A stretch of DNA of 64,000 bases. Origin: Oopsacas minuta. Lineage: Eukaryota > Animalia > Porifera. Positions 12,088-25,028 of the stretch are shown in pieces; the stretch's first letter is position 1, and the number at the start of each line of letters is the position of its first letter. The notes under the pieces are model-generated. The model saw nothing but the letters and a program-made list of their open reading frames with translations. It was not told the origin of the DNA and did not search any database. The stretch is from positions 124,001 to 188,000 of the forward strand of contig JAKMXF010000316.1 of NCBI GenBank assembly GCA_024704765.1, read 5' to 3'. Both the position numbers and the translations under genes were made by a program.

Positions 12088-13399
12088 CAGGGTGGCCAAT
12101 AAGTTCTGGCACATAGAAAAACTACTATAATGTAACCAATATTCATTATATTGAGTTGATATTTTAGCATAAGTGGTTTGGCATTATGAGTTTTATTGTG
12201 CACAATCTCTATTCTATGTATCCGCCTTTCTTTTTGATAACAGCCTTCAGACGCCCGGGGACTGCCCACACTGCGGTACGTAGCATCTCCTGTGGTATTT
12301 TTTCCCATTCTCTCGTCAGAGATTGCTTTAGAGACTCAATACTGTTATGGGACTTCGAGCTAGCACTTGACTCTAAAATGGACCACACTGAGAAATCTAG
12401 AGGGTTAAGGTCTGGGCTAGACGGCGGCCATTCTACCTTTGAGATAAAGTCAGGAATATTTGTCCGAAGCCATTCCTGAGTACAGTTTGCTGTATGGGCA
12501 GGAGCACCGTCTTGTTGGAATATGAACGGCTGGTTTTCAAACATCATCTCATCGAGATCTTTCACAGTGGGCTGTAAAATGAGCTCATTATACGTTGCAG
12601 CATTTATTTTGACCCCTGCAGGGACGAAAACCAGTGGTGTCCGGCCAACAGAAGATACTCCGGCCCAAACCATCAACGAGAGTGGTTTCTGGACTCTTTT
12701 GACGTACCTGTACTCATCAGGGATAGTAGAAGTGCTTTTAGATAATATTCTATCGTTTTGACGATTGAATGCTTGTTCAACGGTGAAAAGTTTTTCATCG
12801 GAGAAAGGGACTTGATCCAGTCCCTGGGCTGCGAATCGTGTATGGAGGACTTTGCTTCTTGAGAGCCTCTTTGTCTTTATTTTGTCTGAAAGGAAATGGA
12901 CTTTCCATTTCTTAAACGAAAATAGCCCTAAGTCTCTCTTGACAATCGTTTGAAGAGATCCACGGGATATTTTCAGTTCTTTAGCCATTTTTCTGATCGA
13001 TCGCTGAGGATTTCGCCACACTCGACTCCGCACTACCTTTCGCATCTTTACGGTCGTGATGGAGATCGGGTGACCAGTTCTGGCTCTGTCCATCACGCCA
13101 CCAGTCTCATTGAAGCGTTTTATCGTACGGATTACGAAATTCCGACGTGTCTGTGGAATTTTTAAAAGTTTCATTATTTCTTTTTGTTTTTTCCCTTTTT
13201 GAAATAATTCAACAATCGCCGACCGTTCTTTCTCCACAGCTGATAATTTGTTCCTGGTTTTCAAATAGTGTATTTTTCAATGAATATTGTATTGCGAGAG
13301 ATAACAGAACAAATACAAACCAGTAACGTCAATCAATCTAAATCATGAAAGATTTTGGTACGATATAAAGTTATGTGCCAGAACTTATTGGCCACCCTG
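12088..13399 (-). mobile_element. Young maT (DD37D) element, 1312 bp
   Basis: Perfect 28-bp TIRs CAGGGTGGCCAATAAGTTCTGGCACATA, TA duplication on both sides and an uninterrupted transposase ORF. Confidence 0.95.
12209..13264 (-). CDS. DD37D maT transposase (351 codons open; start codon uncertain)
   Basis: Catalytic FSDEKLF, FQQDGAP and PDLNPLD, with 37 residues between the second and third D (counted by hand). The ORF track starts at TTG; the first ATG is codon 31. Confidence 0.9.
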   Translation of the reverse strand: MKTRNKLSAVEKERSAIVELFQKGKKQKEIMKLLKIPQTRRNFVIRTIKRFNETGGVMDRARTGHPISITTVKMRKVVRSRVWRNPQRSIRKMAKELKISRGSLQTIVKRDLGLFSFKKWKVHFLSDKIKTKRLSRSKVLHTRFAAQGLDQVPFSDEKLFTVEQAFNRQNDRILSKSTSTIPDEYRYVKRVQKPLSLMVWAGVSSVGRTPLVFVPAGVKINAATYNELILQPTVKDLDEMMFENQPFIFQQDGAPAHTANCTQEWLRTNIPDFISKVEWPPSSPDLNPLDFSVWSILESSASSKSHNSIESLKQSLTREWEKIPQEMLRTAVWAVPGRLKAVIKKKGGYIE

Positions 13400-14656
13400 T
13401 ATATAGCTTGGTAATGATATTTAATGTTCTAATTTTTGATTGAGAGACAAAACATATTTCGCGAAATTTATTCAATATAGCCCCCCCCTCATTTTGTATT
13501 ACACCTGTAATTCTATCTGGCAAGGCCTCAATAGTAGCACGGGGGCTTTTTGGGCAATTTGATTCCACTCTTGGCAAGTTTCCTCTTCAGTGACTTGATA
13601 CTTGTGTGAAAGTTAACACAAGCTTTCGTCTCGAGAATTGACCACACAGAATAATCCATGGGATTCAGGTCAGGACTGTAAGGAGGCCATTCTTCCTTAG
13701 TTCTAAAACCAGGAAAATTGTCATGTACCATGGCTGGGTATTATTAGAAGTGTGTGCTGGTGCCCCGTCTTGCTCGGAAACAAATGAAGTACCTCAGAAC
13801 ATGTCTCGGTCTGTATTCTTCAATACTGACTCCAAAACCATTTCTCGATAATTAAATGAATTGATTTTTACCCCTTGTGCTACAAAACCAATGGTGTCCG
13901 GCCCATTTTTGACACCCCTGCCCAAATCATCACCGACTTAGGGTCCTGTATTCGGCTAACATATCTGAACTTCTTGACGACTTTGGAAGGAGATGATGCA
14001 AGTATACGATCATTCTGTACGTTGGTTGCCTCCTGGATATTGAATATGTTCTCATCTGAAAATAATATTCTTTCTAGATTTCCACAGCGTACCAGCCCAA
14101 CGCACCTTTGCATCTTGCAACCCTTTTTTTCCTTTACCAATTGAAAAAGAGAGTGTACCTTCTTACTCTTGAATGAACTCATCCCTAAATCCCTTTTCAC
14201 AATTTTAGTCATTGCACATCTTGATACTTTCAGATCTAGAGCCATTTTCCTTATGGAACGTCTAGGATTTCGGCGAATTCGCTGGGCGATGACTTTCCCT
14301 AAGCTGGGGGTTGTTACTGAGCACGGACGGCCTGATTTCGCCCTTTCTTTAACTCTTCCAGTATCCTTGTATCGCCTAATAGTGCGGTACACGAATTTCC
14401 TTTTGTTTAGAGGGAGTTTCAGGATCTTCAAAATTTCCTTGAAGGTTGTCCTTTTGTAAATAGTTCTACAATTGCCGACCTCTCACGTTCGGTCACTGTT
14501 AAAATTGAAATTTCTCTGCAATTGTACTCTGAAACTATATTTATGTTAAATACAGTATAATACGGTAAACTAATAAGATATATCTAATAGCAGAGGCTCA
14601 GTATGGAAAAAATGGTTCTTATAAATCATGGGACAGAACTTTAATGCCACCCCGTA

Positions 14657-14810
14657 TTCTATTAGTAAACAATTAATCTGTATGTATGTGTGTGTGTGAA
14701 TATACATGTTTGTATGTCCAGAATTAATTAAAGAACTCGAATTGCCTCAGGCCTGACTTTTTGAATACAGCAGTGTTTTGGCCTAACTTGGACAAATTCC
14801 AGTATTGAAA
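14657..14810 (+). repeat. Dispersed Helitron-N-like repeat (copy 2) with a short (GT)n tract
   Basis: TTCTATTAGTAAACAATTAATCTGTATGTATGTGTGTGTGTG...GTCCAGAATTAATT aligns with the copy at 4283. Confidence 0.5.
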
Positions 14811-15227
14811 GAAAATTCACACCTATGTTGAAAATATGATGCAATTGTCACCTTTTTGGGATTTTCATAAATTAACTTTATTCACCAGCCAATATGCATT
14901 AGAGAAGTTTGAAATTTGAATTACAGGCACCCCTCAATGCGATACACATTCTGATGTCAAGATTTACCGAATGAAACTCCTCATGGGATTATTCGATAAC
15001 TATGACTGTATAAAATATCAAAAATTCCTGAATTATATATTTTTGATAATTTTATTATTCCCATAACAAGGTGTCCAGATTTCTATCCAAATCTCATGTA
15101 GCAGCTCAAGTATTATCACCAAGACCATTATGCAATTTCATTGGCCAATAAGAACCAACCAATTTAACTGTTTCATACTTAAGCTATAACTTGTCACCAT
15201 GCTATATTAGATTTACATTCATATCAG

Positions 15228-15418
15228 GAGCAGATTACAAATGTGGGATTTTTCCTGATTTTGCACTTTTTGATTTTGTAATCGATACTCCGAAAATTCA
15301 AATCAAGTTGAGGGTGCAGGATACTGAATTAGATCATTTTATACTAAAATTTAAGAGATCTTACCTACACACTCCCACCTTGTCAAAACTTCAAAGCAAT
15401 CGGATAAGATTTTACCAC
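15228..15418 (+). CDS. Candidate internal exon of the FERM gene
   Basis: Acceptor cattcatatcAG at 15226-15227 (phase 1) and donor CAC|GTGAGT at 15419 (phase 0). Reads GADYKCGIF...IQIKLRVQD...RIRFYH and is not transposon-like. Confidence 0.55.
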
Positions 15419-15731
15419 GTGAGTTGCATTTTCACCTGTGCATGGACACCCACAATTATCAAAATGGAAAATTGTGGGTCGAATTCTACGCTGGTCGGTT
15501 CGAAAACGAAAAGTCGAGCTCTAACACAGCATGTAAACATGTATTAGCTATATGTAACCGTTTAGAACACATTGATATCCCTGAATATTGTGATGCTACA
15601 CTCCTGGAGCCAAGGGGGCACTTTCAAATTTTGAGCGGCCTTGTAGCCAAAGTTCCAGAACTGGACCATTACGATATGCAGGGATAACAATGTATTCTTA
15701 AGAATCTACGTAGCTTAGATATGTTTAAATA

Positions 15732-15901
15732 CCGTGGAGATCCCGATTTCTCGATTTTGCATCGGCCAGCCAGGTATTCGTTCCACAATCTTGTCCAACA
15801 CCTCATAATGCTTCATCCTTGCTTTTCGGTGGTTTAAAGGAAATAGTGGGCAGAATTCTGTGCCGGCCGATATGAAATCGAAAAATCGGCCTCACACATG
15901 G
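15732..15901. mobile_element. TA-flanked MITE-like inverted-repeat element (170 bp)
   Basis: CCGATTTCTCGATTTTGCATCGGCCAGC matches the right-end rc CCGATTTTTCGATTTCATATCGGCCGGC. TA lies at 15730-31 and 15902-03. Confidence 0.55.
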
Positions 15902-16100
15902 TATGTATATACATCTTAACTACATATTCTTGATAGTTTAGAACACGTTTATATCTCTAAATATGGTGATGCCATAGTGCGGGACTTTGGGGTCATTTGA
16001 AAAATTGAAGCGGCCTTTCGACCAGGATAGACGCAAATGTAAACGCACTTGGCTCACCCAAATCTTATCCGATTGCTTTGAAATTTTCAAACAACGTATA

Positions 16101-17438
16101 CAGGGTGTCCCATAATTATTGTCATATCCGATACTTGTAGATATTCGTTTACTGTATTTCCAGTTTGCTTTCAATTTGTATACTTTTTCTTATACAAGTA
16201 CTAGTGTGAATTATCATTAGAATTTATCTGTAACCTTATATTTTCTCCAGTGAATTTATTACAATCGAGTATTTCATCAACTTGTGTAATTATTTCATCA
16301 TGAATGTCAAAAATTCCTCCGAAACTCTTCGTAACAGGGCAGTCGGAATGATTATTGGTGGGATGGTGCAGAAAGATGTTGCTAAGACCTTAGAAAAACC
16401 ACTCAGAACGATACAGCGTTGGTGGGCACGATATAGACGAGGTCAAGATCTAGGACATAAGGTCGGTGCTGGGCGTCCAAAAACGATCACAAGGGAGGCG
16501 AAGATATTTATATCCAAATCTCTTGGCAAAGTTCGTCAATCCACTAGAAAGATCGCGATAAAACTCAAGCGAAAGGGTTATGGTATCTCTAAATCGACTG
16601 TTCACCGCTATTTGAAGGAAACGATTGGAGCGACTGCCTATAAAGACCCAAAATTCCCAAATTGACTGAAAAACAGAGGGAAAACCGGCTAAATTTTTGT
16701 ATTGAAAGGGAAAATTGGAATTTGGATGAGTGGAAACGAGTCCTATGGAGTGATGAATCACCATATGAACTATTTCATCCTAGTTCCGCCCAAAATGATA
16801 GGGTTTGGTCCACTGACAGCTCCAAAGTACCACCTCGTGAGGTTATCAAAAATCCCCCAAAAGTGATGGTCTGGGCCATTATGAGCTATCGTGGACTCTC
16901 AGAATTACATTTCGTTCCTCCTAAACAGACTGTAAACTCTCAATATTATGTAGAAGAGATATTGGAAAAATCTTATCGACTTGCGGTGGGTCGTTCAAAA
17001 CGGCAGGCAGCATTCTGACCAGGAAATTACTACCTAACATGTCTCGGGCCATATTTATGCAAGACGGGGCACCAGCACACACTGCCAGTCGCACACAGGA
17101 ATGGTGCAAAAACATGCCCACTTTCTGGGCCAAAGGGGAATGGCCTGGCAATTCACCGGATTTAAATCGGATAGAAAATCTATGGAGTATTTTGCAGGAG
17201 AAGTTGAATGAGATGAAACCCTCAACCAATCTCAATCAGTTGGCAGAAAATCTCAAAAGTGGCTGAAGGGACATTAATCCATTGATCTTGGAAAATTTAG
17301 TTGCTGGAATGCCAGCACGTATTGATAAATGTATACAATTGAAAGGAGGATATATTGGAAAATAATTGTCTTCTTTCCTCAATTAATGGCAATAATAACA
17401 TAAGATGAAGGATACGACAATAATTATGGGACACCCTG
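16101..17438 (+). mobile_element. Tc1-like element (DD36E as it stands, DD37E-like family), frameshifted
   Basis: 29-bp TIR CAGGGTGTCCCATAATTATTGTCATATCC (1 mismatch) with TA TSD. Motifs WSDESPY, FMQDGAPAH and NSPDLNRIENLW. Two frameshifts plus a premature TGA at 17264-17266. Confidence 0.93.
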
Positions 17439-17632
17439 TAGAAAGGTAAGATCTCCGTATTTCCCGTCGAATATTAACATCTGAAATTCTGTTTTCTAGC
17501 ACCCTAGACCCTGAAATTTAGAGAATCTGATTTGTGTTTAATACTGTTATTAATAGCCTACTCTACCTAAGCTTTTACCACTGATTAGGGATTTTGACCA
17601 TGGATGCTAGTGAAATCCGACCATAAATAGTA

Positions 17633-18971
17633 CTACAGGCGTTCAATAAATTCTGATCACTGTGTTACTGTGGGGGTTTATAACACAACAATAATATATT
17701 GATATTTGAATATGAATACTTAATCCTCTGTCTACAAGCTAGTATTGATTTTTTCATTATCCCTTAAAAACTCAACAAGTTATATCAAATTTTACAAGTG
17801 TTTTTTATACTATACCTTTATGACATCACTTGACAAGAATTCTAAATCAAGCAAAGAGCTTATGTCAAGATTCGTACTCTCCTCGGGAAATCTGCACATG
17901 AGATACATCTTGATTTGGTTCAAGTCTATACTACGAAAGGTGTTCTGTCTTATACAGGAGTCAGAAGATGGGCTCAGCGTTTCAGGCTGGGAAGAAAGTC
18001 TATCGAAGATGACCCTCTGCCTGGAGCACCAATTACGGCTGCATCTCCTATTAAATCGTGCGCTATCAAAAAACTGATATAGACTTAGACCCACATATAA
18101 CTATCAGGGAACTTTCTAATAGTGTTGGCATTTCGGTGGGAAGTGTAGACCACATTTTAAGATCACAGCTCAAGTTGACGAAGGTTTGTGCCAGATGGGT
18201 CCCACATTTACTCACAAGGGCCCAGAAAGAGACAAGGGTGAGATGTTGTCGTAATTTCCTTAAATCCTACAAAGAATGCAACCCGCGAAGATTATTTGGG
18301 ATAGTGACTGATGATGAGACATGGGTTCAGTATAACACACCTTCTTCCAAACAGGCAAATAAGGTGTGGATAGGAAAGCACTCGGACCCTCCGATGATAC
18401 CGCGTCCAGATTTCAGATCATCGAGGATCATGTATTGCATATTTTTTGATGCACATGGCCCAGTGGCCCAGGTGATAATTCCCAAAGGACAAACTGCTAC
18501 TGGAAGCTTCTACACTAGTAATTGTCTTGGTGCAGTGGAAGAAAGCTTGTTGAAGAGAAGAAAAAGGACTGGTGCTAAAGAGTTGAGATTATTACATGAT
18601 AATTCCCATCCTCACAAAACCAAGCAAGTCAAAGAAAATATCTTAAGGAAGGGGATGATTGAGCTTGAATATCCACCCTACAGCCCAGATCTAGCTCCTT
18701 GTGATTTCTATCTCTTCCCTAAGCTTAAGGAATACCTCTCTGGTCGTCATTTTAGCAACAGCGAAGAACTGGCATCGGCGATTTTCCAGTATCTCAAACG
18801 GATACCACCGGAAGACTATAAAAATATTTTTGTACAATGGTTGGAGCGTCTTCAACGCTGTATAAATACTGGTGGGGAGGATTTCGAAAAAATTAAACAC
18901 TGATTGTTTGTGTACAACATACTTTTGGGTACTTTTGGGGATAGTGATCAGAACTTATTGAACACCCGTAG
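17633..18971 (+). mobile_element. mariner (DD34D) element, full length, disrupted N-terminus
   Basis: TIR CTACAGGCGTTCAATAAATTCTGATCACT versus rc CTACGGGTGTTCAATAAGTTCTGATCACT, with TA flanks. ORF 18058-18903 contains WVPHLL, TDDETW, HDNSHPH and YSPDLAPCD (34-residue spacing). Confidence 0.93.
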
Positions 18972-19066
18972 TATATAATTTATCCTGTGGAGCGGGCATT
19001 TCGCCTACAAAGGACAAAATCTAATCCCCAATCGACTGTCAGTTATTGAAAGACTTCAGTGAGACA

Positions 19067-19130
19067 TCTATACTATTATCACAATTAATCTATGTTTATG
19101 TATATGTGAATATATATTCTTCTATTTTAT
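19067..19130 (+). repeat. Helitron-N-like 5' end (copy 3, short)
   Basis: A|TCTATACTATTATCACAATTAATCTATGTTTATGTATATGTG shares the 5' motif of the copies at 4283 and 14657. Confidence 0.45.
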
Positions 19131-20200
19131 AATCGCTACTACTACTACGAATTCTATTTTAAATGGATTGTTTGAGAAATTGTGATGGAGTGTTTAAGTG
19201 ACCAGCAGCCACATTTCGACTACACTAAGTCGAATCTAAACTTTGACTGAGTAGAATATTTTACATCTTAACTAGAAAGGATATATGACTTTTTTAAAAG
19301 AACGCGCGCCTGTATTAAAATGAATTCAACATTTCACCAAAACGTTTTCAGTTACTAAATTAATATGAAAATGTGAACTAAGACGGGAAGTTTCACAGTG
19401 GCACACCCCCTGGAAATTGGTCAAAATTCAATCCAATATTTAGTAACCATTAATTGTTCATGGGAAAGAGAAATATCCAATTATTTGAAATATCTGGAAA
19501 TTGTAATGATTTGTCATTTGGTTTAGAAACAATTGGAATGTATATAAGATTGACAAGTTCTTGAAAACCGGACATATTCAATTATGTCAATGAACTTAAT
19601 TCCAGTATCTAAGCAATTGATACATTCCGAAGACTTCATACCTTTGAATTATCAACCACTCTCTTATTATGGTGATTATATAAGCAGAGTTCTAATAATA
19701 TATCCTTAAAATAGCTCAAATATTTTAATGAATTCTTTGTTAGATATTTCTGTCGTCACTCAATTTCGAAGGCTCAAAACTTCATCTATCGCGTTCTGTT
19801 AAGTTATCCCCTAAGTGTTATAATATAGCATTTCTAATTCTCTATAGAATAAAGCAATTTCCAGGTTCCGAAATTCGCTACAGTATAGTTTTAATCACTT
19901 GAACTTTTAAATTTAACTAGTATTTCAAAATTATCTTTTCAAATTTGTATATAAATATTATGGTTGCTTAGTGATATAATGAGAACGTAGAGTAATTTAC
20001 AATTTTCTGCTTGGGTTTACAAAATTCGGCTTGTAATTAGGATAAATATGTGTTCTCATAACGTATTTTACAAAGTTTCCATTAAAAAATCATGCTCTTC
20101 TACTGTGAGAAAATGTTTCGCCAAAATTTCCTTAATTCTAAGATTTCAGAATTTATTTTATATGCTTATATCACAAACATTTTCAATATTCTTAATAAAG

Positions 20201-20333
20201 CCCCTGTTTACCTGCGTATTTGAGAACATTTACTTGGAAGGACTTGGATCTTGGAATACATTGGTCAGGCGATACCGTGAGAAACTCTTAATGAAATTTA
20301 GCTTTGAGGACAACGTTAAGATATGTTTGTCAG
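20201..20333 (+). CDS. Candidate internal exon of the FERM gene
   Basis: Weak acceptor ttcttaataaAG (phase 0) and donor CAG|GTTTAT at 20334 (phase 1). Reads PLFTCVFENIYLEGLGSWNTLVRRYREKLLMKFSFEDNVKICLS. The phases exactly bridge exons 15228 and 24885. Confidence 0.45.
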
Positions 20334-20972
20334 GTTTATCTCTCAAAGTGATCCAATTATAAGCATCATTTCATAATTATCCCAAAAAGATTCGGAGGCG
20401 GATCAATCTGAGTTAAATTGATGTTTTGGTAAATTCACTAATTTTAAACACGTTATAGTTTGTAAGTCAATGAACGATAGGTCATTTTCACCGAGAAAAG
20501 TGGTTTCATAAGTTCATATAAATGCACCTTCAATAGGGTTGATAATATCAGAACATAAAACATTCAATTTCTGAACATATAGCTCACAAATTGGCATAAT
20601 TATAATTCGATAAAAATAAAATTATTTTCGAATGTGACAATGACGTCACTACTTTCACACCCAAGACTTAGATAAAATCTAGTTAAGTCAATCGATTCCT
20701 TGGGTATGATTCCCCATATGTCAATAATATAGTTTTGACGTTATCTAGTACCCTAATACCTACTTTCAGGTTTTAGCCATTTCGTGTCACTGTGGTTTTT
20801 TATACATAAAGGACATATATTGTGTTATATGAAAATATGGGAGTGGTGTGTCAAATACATTTTCGCCTTAAAGCTTTGGAGCCTGGACAAATGACATTAA
20901 ATATTCTCGATTTCGAAATATTGGAAGGAATATCTCAAACGAAATTACTCAGATAGATTTAGTTCTGATATA

Positions 20973-22268
20973 CAGGGTGTATCATATGTGTCTTGGTGGA
21001 TATGAATTCATAATGTTTAAAGTTGATTTAAACAGACCACAATTTATTATTGAATTATAATTGTCCTGCACTTGATTACTAAGTCCTATCTATTACAAAT
21101 ACATCTCTTTATAAATACTTTCACTTTGATTTGTTTTCTCTTATCTTTTGAAATATTAATGTCAAAGATCATGGTTTGTACATTCGCCTGGAAGTAATTG
21201 CCGTGTTGAAAACAGGAATTGAGCAAATATTGTAGATTTAAGGCTAGATGTCGGTTTGAGGTCGATACAAAGGTGGTTGCATAACGAGAAATATGGAAAA
21301 GACCAAAATAATAAACTTCGTCCTGGTAGGATCCCAACCATGAAAAGGTCTGCAAGATAGTCATCTCAAAATCTCTAGGGAGAGGGGGAAGTCAACACAT
21401 AAACTTTCACGTATTCTCAATGGTAAGGGATATTCTATCTCGCATTCAAGCATATTTCGCTATTTGACCAATTCTTTGGGAGTAAAATCGTTCAAACGCA
21501 CTATAATACCTAGATTGATACAAAAAATGAAGGATAAACGCCTCCAGTTCGCTAAAGATCACATAATTTGGAGAGTGGTCACTGGAAAAAGGTGTTGTGG
21601 TGAGATGATTCACCTTCCCAAGTATCCTCCATGCCAAATCGTCAAAACGATCTTATCTGGGCTCGGAATTCTAATAACATTCAAATGAAATTTCCCTAAA
21701 AAATCCAAGTCTGAGTTATGATGTCCCACATGGCTCTCTCATCATCCTTCCGAAACAAACGATAAATTGAGCCCATTATCGAGATGATATCTTTGCCAAG
21801 ACGTGTAGTGATGCTACAGGCAGAACTGCGAATACAGGTTCTATTCTGGAGTGATCAATGCTTGTTGACATGTCTGATTTCCTAATCCTGCAGGATGGTG
21901 CCCCTCCTTACACTACTAACTTGACACAGAGATGGTGTGTAGAACACTTTCCTCGGTTTGGAGGAAGGATAAGTGGACCGTAACTCGCCAGATTTAAACC
22001 CGATTGAAAATTTCTGGTCAATTTTGAGAGATCTTGTTGGACAAATGGCAAATGCTATAAGCTGCAAGACTTAATTCTACGAGTCAAATCCGCATGAGCT
22101 GACATAGGCCCAGATATTCTAGAGAATTTAGTTTGTACTATGCCAGCTAGGATACAACCTGTATTAGATGGAATTGTGGTTATATTAGCAAATATTTGGA
22201 ACAAAGACTCGATAACGAAAAATTCTATTTACATTTTATTGACCTACCAAGACATATGATACACCCTG
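20973..22268 (+). mobile_element. Old Tc1-like element, full length, heavily decayed
   Basis: TIR CAGGGTGTATCATATG(TG)TCTTGGT at both ends with TA TSD. Remnants include QDGAPPYT...WCVEHFP. Confidence 0.85.
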
Positions 22269-22290
22269 TATCTTAAATAGGCAATTACGC

Positions 22291-23240
22291 TTAGTGTATA
22301 TAGCGTTCTACTGGGCAGGACGGCAACATATAGTGGATCACACTAGTAAGCTGATCCACGTTAGAAACGTCATGCGTCGAGTCCACTGATAAGGAGAAGT
22401 GAGCAGCGAGCTTTATTTCACTCATAATTTCATCCAGAACACATTTTCCCATTATGCAAACATATTCATCACAGACAGTAGAAGATGAGTACGACGTATG
22501 GCCGCGACCCTTGCTTGCATGTTTGTGAATTTGCTCGGAGATGAAAGCATCGTATTCCATTATCACTTCCAAACAGCCAAGATAGTTCTCATTGTTTAGA
22601 GAACCAATTGTTTGGTCCAAACACGAAGTGCAAGGCCTCGCTCTGTGAAGAATCGAAGTACACTAACAATACGGTTTGTACAGCGCGCCAATTTTCACAT
22701 TCAGATTCATAAGCTAGAGTTAATCTTTCATCAATCCGTCCGCTAGCGTATTTCCGAGCAGTTAAAGCTTCAATCGATGCACGATGGCTTTGACAGTTCT
22801 CATGAGCAGCAATCTTTTCTTTACCCATTCTCCAGTTACTAAAACAGGTAACAAACGTATCATTATCATGATCTGGATGCCGAACAACTTGCAAGAAACC
22901 AAAATACAATTTCACTGAATTTTAATAAACAGCCAAGAGCCTTGAATTTTAACCCCAGCAAGTTTGTCAACAAGAGTAAAATATGGTGGCGAACAGCTGC
23001 TTATAAATCTCTCCTTTCAGTTTGCACTGCCCCGATCAAAAATAGAATTTCCTTTTTGGCAGTGGGAGTTGCCCCTCTCTGCTCAGTATTCGCGGATTGG
23101 TTCGTCTATCTTCTTCTACAAACCAATATCATTGACCTAGCGATTTAAATATGTACAAATTCAGCTTCTGCGACTGGAGCGCTATGTTCAGGCAAATATT
23201 CCTCTGTCATATCTCTATGTAAAAACTCACTAATATCACT
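22291..23240 (-). mobile_element. hAT transposase fragment (ZMYM1/DUF4371-like)
   Basis: FSNWRMGKEKIAAHENCQSH and HFSLSVDSTHDVSNVDQLTSVIHY in ORFs 22589-22915 and 22291-22620. Confidence 0.85.
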
Positions 23241-24884
23241 TTGTTCATGTGACTGACATTGAGATTCTCCTCAAGCGCTAGATTGAGATGGTGCGAATAT
23301 ATTGTCGAACAAAGGCATCTTAGAGAGCACCGCAGCATTAGATGCTTTCTTGTCAGCATCTATTTTGCACTTCGCAGAACGAAATGTGCTCTTATGCGTC
23401 GATATTATGTGACTAAACCACGAGTTATATTTCAAGTTGAGTTTCTAGTATGTTTCAATATCACTCATATTTATTATTTGACCAAACATTGTTGTTAGAA
23501 CAACACTTCCTCATAGTATATAATAAAACATCCCATTTATCCCAAGTTGTTTAATACGTATTAAACGTATATACTTGACCTATTATACAGTATTAACTTC
23601 TAGTTGAACCTCGAATATGAGCTTTTGACATTGTTAGAATTGTGTAAGTCACTTAATTATCAAGTATTATAAATTAGATCAATTATGCTAAGATTTCTCA
23701 TTACTGTTTGGTACAAAACAATTCCTGCAGGTATCAGCCTAATAGAAGTACGGCACCAAAAATAGTAGATAGAACGTACAATAAGTAATATTAATACCGT
23801 ATTATACGTATTACGTCTTCATTGGAAGACAAATTTACAACTTAGCATTTAGCCACAAGATTCCTTCAAACTCTTTTTACAATACTAGTCTATAGTTCAC
23901 AGTCTGAAGCCTATTAGAAACCAATTTGATACCATTATTACACGAATTGCAACTATTCAAAATTATGTGGAACTATTGATAACAGATTTAATCTAATAAA
24001 TTGCTCACTAACTTCCGAAAATCATCACATTACTCCATTTGGGTAATCACCCTGTTGGACCCACTAGCTTGTGTTGTATAATCAAGTATGTGCAACCTCC
24101 TTATCTTAATGTAGCCGGCTCTTTCTGTTTGGCTTTTTGGGAATCTACAAGAGAGAAATTTCTGCCGGTCCGCTACGACCACACTTATGCGTACCCAGGT
24201 GCTACAGCACCCATTCCCCCCCTTTGGTGAAATTTACGGCTCATTAGACTTTCAACAATTTTGGGATAATTCTTTCCGATATCTTTGAATTTCAAAATGC
24301 TAAAAAAAATTTCTAAATGATTTATAAACTAAAGAATACTCGCCCAGGCACTTATTCATGGAAATGACGTATTTCGCAGTTGAGCAATTTGATTACTTAA
24401 CTTTCTCTCTGGAACTAGTTTATTGGTATAGTTTGTAATTATAGTAATCAATCATGCTTATTTGGGCTTAAATATACCATTTATAATTTACCGCAACGAT
24501 TGTAATATGCCAATTTGTATATTGTGGTAGTAATCCTTTCCAGTATTCAAGTTCTTACTTATACCAATTTTTACTGTATAATAATCCCAAGTACATGTGT
24601 CCAAAAATTATTGTTATACTTCTGTTTTCCCTGCGTTTCGAATGATGAGCCAGATTCTTTTATCTACTCGTGTTTATGCAGTTTGTTCCTTGCTTTTGCT
24701 GAGATTATTTACCCCACTTCGGGCAACTTGGTTTGATTTCTAGTACGTCCACATTATTGACATTACTTAGCTGATATGCCATTAATTGAAACTATTTCAT
24801 TTTCTGTGCACTTTGTCTTACATCTATTAATCAGTTTTATAGTATTCACTCTCTATCTTTATCTGAAATCAATTTTCTCATTAG

Positions 24885-25028
24885 GCTTTCCAGATACATT
24901 GACGCACTTTTCTATCCACATTTTGGATAAGGCATTTGATTATTCGTATCAGAGAAAAGAAGATGGTAAATGGAATTCGAATATCCAACAAATATTTGAC
25001 CATGTTCTTCCTTCTCATCATCAAGCAG
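24885..25028 (+). CDS. Candidate internal exon of the FERM gene (possibly part of the second FERM F1 lobe)
   Basis: Strong acceptor aattttctcattAG at 24883-24884 and donor CAG|GTATTA at 25029 (phase 1 to 1). Reads GFPDTLTHFSIHILDKAFDYSYQRKEDGKWNSNIQQIFDHVLPSHHQA. Confidence 0.6.

Larger units (their letters stand above)
12031..14654 (-). mobile_element. Older maT (DD37D-type) element, interrupted by a younger maT
   Basis: TIRs CAGGGTGGCTTTTAAGTTCTGTCCCATG (12031) and rc CGGGGTGGCATTAAAGTTCTGTCCCATG (14654). Broken transposase in ORFs 13880-14431 (FSDENIF) and 13528-13731 (WPPYSPDLNPMDYSVW). Net length about 1310 bp after removing the insert. Confidence 0.85.

Noticed and set aside
15424-15687. 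ORF with CKHVLA, resembling a SWIM zinc finger
   Set aside because: The upstream CxC of SWIM is missing, the ORF starts just inside a consensus donor site, and it has no good acceptor.
24150-24245. GC-rich segment resembling a hAT subterminal motif (GGGTGCTGTAGCACC on the minus strand)
   Set aside because: No clear TIR or TSD links it to the hAT fragment at 22.3-23.2 kb.
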